Positions 33,862-39,072 of a stretch of 39,072 bases of DNA are shown in pieces. The translations under genes and the position numbers were made by a program. The DNA comes from Vezdaea acicularis (taxonomy: Eukaryota). How positions within the stretch are numbered: position 1 is the first letter of the stretch; every line of letters starts with the position of its first letter. Location of the stretch: the NCBI GenBank assembly GCA_026025075.1, contig JAPEUI010000139.1:1-39072 (forward strand), in the 5' to 3' direction. The notes beneath the pieces were generated by a model. That model was given only the letters and a program-made list of their open reading frames with translations, made no database searches and had not been told where the DNA came from.

Positions 33862-36214
33862 ATGGGCAAACGTTCAGGCAGACTGTCACTAGAGCTTATT
33901 GACACTCCAGAAAGCATTGAGCAACTGGAACGTATTGATAAACTACGGGAAGCTGGAGTCGGCGAGCAGATCAACTTGCCCCAGGTACTACGCTCCTGTA
34001 GCTCGATCTCCTACGAGACCACCAACTAGGCAAGCTTCAACCATTTGCTGACAGCTTTGATAGCTTGTGGTTGTGGGCGATCAAAGCTCAGGGAAGAGCT
34101 CTCTCCTCGAGGGCCTTACCGGGCTACCATTCCCTGTCGCAAGCGAATTATGTACAAGGTTTGCAACGCAAATAGTCTTTCGTCGACTTTCGGGAGCGAG
34201 AAAGGTGGTCACCACCGTTTCGATCATAGGATCAATTTATTCCGACGAGGATCACAAGAAGCAGCTGTCTAAATTTTCACGAACGTTGAAAGGAGAACTA
34301 GATGCAGATACCTTTCAAGAAGTCTTGAACGATGTTAGTGCTCGCTGTAGGATACTTGGATCTATCTATGGCTGACAGGTTGTAGGCAGCAGTCTGTATG
34401 GGTCTCCCAGGGAAGGAGGACAGTATTGAAAACGCGACCAAGCGATTTTCTGATGACGTTCTCAAGATCGAGATTGCTGGTCCCGACCAGAGTCATCTGA
34501 GTTTCTGCGATGTCCCTGGGTTGTTCCATAACCCGACCAAATACCAGACAGAGGAAGATGCAGCTATCATCAAACGTCTGATAGAGACTTATGTCGCAGA
34601 TGAAAGGACGGTTATTATGTAAGGTATTTACCCTTCCTGCTGGTATCTTTTATACTGATTGAAGTTATCAGGGCAGTAATGGACTCAAGGAACAATCTTG
34701 CAAATCAAGAGGTGTTTCGCATTGCTAAGAATGCTGATCCAAAAGGGCTTCGGACTGTAGGCATCATGACAAAGTTGGACGCATTGCAAGAGGGCGATGA
34801 AGGCGCTGTAAGATAATCGTATACCAGAAGGCCTGCCCGCTTTGGAGACTGATGAATTTAGGCCCTGCAAATCGCTCAAAACCAAGTAGCACGTCTCACA
34901 CACGGATGGTACTGCGTGAGAAATCGCAGTACCCAGGAGATCAACGCTGGAGTGACAATTGAGGAGCGACATAAGAACGAAAAGACGTTCTTCGAGAGTG
35001 CTCCATTCAAAATTCTTGACAAAAACCGTGTGGGAGTCCCATCCCTCAAGAAAGCGCTTGCGAAGATCTTGAACAACCTCGTCGCAGGAGAGTTTCCAGC
35101 AATTCTACGTGAAATAGAGGTGAAAGAAAAGGAGCGCCGCGGAGAATTACTTGCTCTTGGCCCGCCTCGGGAAACCCCACATCAGCAAACCCAGTTCTTG
35201 CTCAGTACCGCAGGCTCATACCAACGAAACATCAATGACGCTCTGATGGGTCGATATGATGCGCAAGGCGACGGCCCTACAAAGCTGCGCATGCATGTGA
35301 CTCGAGCTGGTGTCGAGTTTTCTAAGAAAATGGAGTTAATCGGTCATACATGGAACTTCAGCTCTACTGATCAGAGCCTGGATGAGGCTGAAAAGGCCCG
35401 AAAACAGCAAATCAGTCAGAAAGGAATTTTCTCAAAAGTGGAGAGCAATGCCGATCCAGGGTCGATCTATCTGTCAATAAAAAACCTTTGGTCTTCTTCT
35501 AGAGGGCGCGAATTACCAGGCCTGGTCAATCCTGCCGTACTTGAGATCCTCTTCCGAGAGCAGACAACACGATGGCAAGTCATTGCCGAAGAACACCTCA
35601 TCAATGTTATTTCTATGATCGAGAAATGCCACAGAGCCCTTTTCGAAGATAGTTGTCAAGACGTGTCCGTACGCAAGAGATTGGCAAGCAAAATTGCCAC
35701 GGACTTTAGCTCATCTATAGACGGATCCAGAGAGGTGTTGGCGACCTTGCTCCGTGATGAACGTGATGGACCTCTTCTCACAAACAACCACTACTTCGCG
35801 GACAACTTGGCAGCTGCACGGGCTGAAAGGGTTGTCTCTGCCTTGAAGAAGCTGGGGTATCAAGATGGGCAACAGTACACGATGAACTTCAAGTCTCTGA
35901 CAACTGTTTCGCATCTAAGCAATGATGCGTCTGCTGTTCACGATATACACGACATACTGAAAGCATATTATAGAGTGGCTCTCAAGCGATTCGTGGATAA
36001 TGTTGCATTGCAAGTTATCGAACGATGCCTCTTGGGACCTCAGGGACCTCTCCTAGGCGTCTTCAATTCAGAATATGTGGGGAAGATGGAAGCAGCCGAC
36101 TTGGCTTTTGTTGCTGGCGAGGACTCGTTTGCTGTTGGGCAACGTGAAGACTTGCAGGTCGAGATAAAGACGCTCGAGAATGCGAGGAGGATATGTTCAG
36201 GGGCTTGTGCCTAA
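33862..36214 (+). CDS. Dynamin-superfamily GTPase of the fungal Mx-like type with C-terminal GED; 5 exons (33862-33984, 34064-34333, 34386-34618, 34672-34807, 34862-36214)
   Basis: IDKLREAGVGEQINLPQ|LVVVGDQSSGKSSLLE (G1); LCTRFATQI (G2); DVPGLF (G3); RTVGIMTKLD (G4); HGWYCVRNRS; SRGRELPG; C-terminal IHDILKAYYRVALKRFVDNV. All introns are GT-AG and frame-restoring. Confidence 0.92.
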
Positions 36215-37329
36215 GCGCCCAGGAGTTGCTTATAACATAGTGGGAAGACGACTCTTGAAGGTGGAAAGTCGGCTTAAGTGAAGCATCCGTTGTAAAGCCT
36301 GCGTAGGATACATGTACTTTTGTTTAGAGGGTTGGGAAGCAATATAGAGCCAAGCGATTGATGTCCTAGCACACTGCCCCTTACGCCTATGGCCTATGAG
36401 TTCAAGTGGTATATGACAGAGAGCGGGCAACCTGCTCACACCTACGGACTGGCAACGGAACGACCGTAGTTGGTCTGGTTCAGAAAATGACTTTCTGAAT
36501 TCTATGGACGGGGCAGGGCTCGGAGTAGGGATGTTGGACTTGGATTCGAGTCGCTATAAGCCCAATGATACTCATGCAGAGAAAGCCTGCTCTCCTGGAT
36601 TTCAGCTTACAATTACTAAATTCTTTAAAAGTACAGAAGTAGAATCACAACAAGTGGCACTGTCTAACATTCCCGGGGGAACGCTTGCTCAATGCCGAAC
36701 AATAGAGAAGGGCGAATGGTACATTGGATATCACTCGCGAAACAGCGTATAGCCGGAGTGCACAGCCACCCACTGAAGCCTCGACGACACGACGCGCTTT
36801 GCCTTGAGGAAGGGGCATCCACAGAAAGCCCAACCGAATCACTAAGCCTGCTAGATAAGAAACGGCCTCCAAATTTTCTTTAGCATATGTGCGAAGCGGA
36901 AATGGTGTTTGATGACACCGCTTGCTGTTGACCCTTCATCTTCAACATAATGGATAGGAATTGTTTGGGAGATGCCCGAGTACGTCTCCAGCCGTGGTAC
37001 GGTTCAGAGCCTTGTTACTAAATTGAACAAGTCCTATGATTCAATGAAAAAGCCGCCTGGAACTCTTGCCGCCCGCGGATGAACGGACGGCCTGGCTAGC
37101 TGAGTCGAAAGTTTTTGTGAGTATTCGTTGGTGGGCGGCCCCCTATGAGATACCAAAGGTATGCAAATTCCGTCTACTAGGTCATTCACTTCAAGTACGC
37201 ACCCTGTGCCGCACTGTATCGCTGTATGAGAACGAGAGCCTTCTCGGAAGAGGTTGGGCCGTTGACAGAATCCGAGTATGCCCACCGTGCAGACTTGGTG
37301 GCTTGCAAACGCCTAGAAATCTATCGGTC

Positions 37330-38360
37330 TTATAACTTGGAGAACTTCGGGGTCTTCTTTTGGAAAGCGGCCCGCATGGCCGTCGGCATGTCGTCCGTTT
37401 GGATCGCTGCTGCATTCCAAACGGCTGTGTATTTCAGACCTGTCCTCACATCATGAATAACAGTCTCTTCAAAGAGTAGATTGTCGAAGATGGAATTACC
37501 TTCTGCAACAGAATGATCTCGGCTATAATTGAGTAAGTCCTTGGTGCCAATGACCGCAATTGGACTCTTCTCCGCAATCACGCCCGCCATCTTCATTCCT
37601 TCTCGAATCGCCTTCTCCTTAGTAGCAAATACCCCTGACACGAGCCCTACCCGTAGAGCCTCTTCAGCACCGAACTTTCGAGCGGTGAGGCACACGTCCT
37701 TGACCCATGAAGCGGAGGCCACGACTTTGGGAAGTCGTGATAATGTTCCTATGTCAGCGGCAAGAGCCACATCAACCTCCTTAACGGCGAACTGCGTGTC
37801 GCTCGCGCAGATTCGGACGTCTGCCGCAACTGCTATGTCTATAGCAAGTCCAAGGGCATAGCCATGTAGAACGACAATGACCGCTGGAGACCCGTAGCGT
37901 CACGTCAGCGCAAGGTTTCGGTGACGGTCGTGGGCGTGCTTACGCTTCTCGCAGCGCTCGATGGCGCTGATACAATCCTGGAAGGTCTCTATGCCTCTTC
38001 GCAATTTGAAGGCCGTGCGTGCGACATCCTGCTTGTCCTTCGCGGTCGTAGCCAGAATACCGCTTTTGGTCTCTTCTTGCAGATCTAGCCCTGCAGTGAA
38101 CGCTTTCGGTCCGGCTCCGCTGAGTACGACGGCGCGGACTTCGGGGTTGATGGAAAGATTGTTGAAGATTTCGCGCATCTCGAGCCACATCCTATAAATG
38201 TGGTTGTCAGCAAAGGGAGGAGATGCGGCGGAAGTCCAGAAGGGCTGACGGCTCACGGCTCGTAGAAGGCGTTCGCTTTCTCAGGTCTATTGATCTCGAC
38301 GTGGGCGACGTGTTCCATTGGAACAGTCACTCTGAAATGCTTCCAGTCTTGTTCCGCCAT
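37330..38360 (-). CDS. ECH1: Peroxisomal delta(3,5)-delta(2,4)-dienoyl-CoA isomerase (crotonase family); 4 exons (38360-38257, 38191-37944, 37883-37500, 37439-37330)
   Basis: VAHVEINRPEKANAF; AVVLSGAGPKAFTAGLDL; CEK|PVIVVLHGYALGLAIDI; FAVKEVDVALAADIGTLSRLPK; C-terminal PTS1 ...FSKL*. Confidence 0.92.
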
Positions 38361-38452
38361 TGTGGGGGAAGCTGATGTATGTCAGCTGGAGGTTCTAAGG
38401 TCTTGGTGTTAACCTACAGAGGATGGAAAGGTACGGCGCGCTTGTTCCACAG

Positions 38453-38458
38453 CCTCGG
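38453..38458 (-). promoter_or_regulatory. FarA/CTF1-type fatty-acid response element CCGAGG (CCTCGG on +), ~93 bp upstream of the dienoyl-CoA isomerase ATG
   Basis: Exact match to the core known from Aspergillus FarA-regulated beta-oxidation genes, and the context fits. A 6-mer can also occur by chance. Confidence 0.5.
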
Positions 38459-38750
38459 CTTGAATGCCCCGCGCTAATCCTCATTGAGAAGAACCCCAAA
38501 GGAACGATGTCATAGTAGGATGGAGTTATAGCAGGCCAATACGCATTGTGGTGTAAAGCAAAGGTGTTATCCATTGAGAGTTTTTTAAGTTGCTGTAACT
38601 ATCAACACGCTGGAACATGACCCAAAAATTCAGGGGAATGAGGTTTGCTGTCCGACCCGAGCAAGAATCTCCACTCTTTTCTATTGATGTGACAGGATGT
38701 CACGAACCTGCCTTCCCGTGACTCCTGCAGCACCCCTGCGCTACCCATGC

Positions 38751-38760
38751 GTCACGTGAC
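38751..38760. promoter_or_regulatory. Perfect palindromic E-box GTCACGTGAC (bHLH/Cbf1-type site)
   Basis: 10-bp palindrome seen directly in intergenic DNA upstream of the ECH1-like gene. Confidence 0.45.
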
Positions 38761-39072
38761 CATCGTCATATAGCAAAGCGGGGAAGCACTGTAGAATAGC
38801 TCCTCAGTATTCAATCGTATAGATACATGCCATTGACTACTAAACTATTCCAACTCCTATTGCGACTATACTGCGTGCCTACTGCGTCCCCCGTGCGTTG
38901 CCTGATTGATCCTAGCCGCTCCCTGCTCGTACGCTACATCCTCACACAGGACTCCAAGATATGCTAACGACAATGCCTAAAGCAATCTCTAGAATGCGAT
39001 AAGTAGCACCACCCCCTGTGCGTGTGCGCTACTACTTCTCAAATGTCCCAGGGCCAATGACCAACACGACTA

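Noticed and set aside
36440..37330. Possible spliced gene remnant (GTGAGT ~37117 ... TAG 37180) between dynamin and ECH1
   Set aside because: No ATG-led upstream exon (in-frame TGA) and the downstream frame would overlap the ECH1 CDS.
1..39072. CRISPR arrays, tRNA/rRNA genes, intact transposons, secondary-metabolite cluster
   Set aside because: No repeat-spacer array, cloverleaf, transposase or reverse-transcriptase motifs, or PKS/NRPS genes seen; the neighbouring genes are functionally unrelated.

Overview
Gene-dense window from a filamentous ascomycete (Pezizomycotina-type: short GT-AG introns with CTRAY branch sites, roughly 50% GC). All exon structures were rebuilt by hand. I support about 15 protein-coding genes: a small conserved hydrophilic protein, a secreted or GPI-type Ala/Thr-rich protein, mitochondrial rRNA methyltransferase MRM1, a Mit1/CHD3-type chromatin remodeller, neutral ceramidase, a head-to-head pair of small paralogous Myb/HTH-like proteins, an orphan 187-aa gene, a divergent neutral trehalase, ERV41, NOP16, an ACS-family MFS transporter, a conserved probably mitochondrial protein, an Mx-like dynamin GTPase and a peroxisomal dienoyl-CoA isomerase. 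The most unusual signals are: (1) the divergent pair of ~90-aa Myb-like micro-proteins; (2) a 1.2-kb strand-specific ATG desert, preceded by one uORF, upstream of the orphan gene; (3) a ~1.5-kb very AT-rich island whose dinucleotide pattern does not fit canonical CpA-targeted RIP; (4) a 517-nt first intron in mit1 with a possible 28-nt poison exon or alternative-promoter donor; (5) a coding 30-nt repeat that continues past the mit1 stop codon; (6) a GC-AG intron in NOP16. No tRNA, rRNA, CRISPR array or intact transposon was seen.
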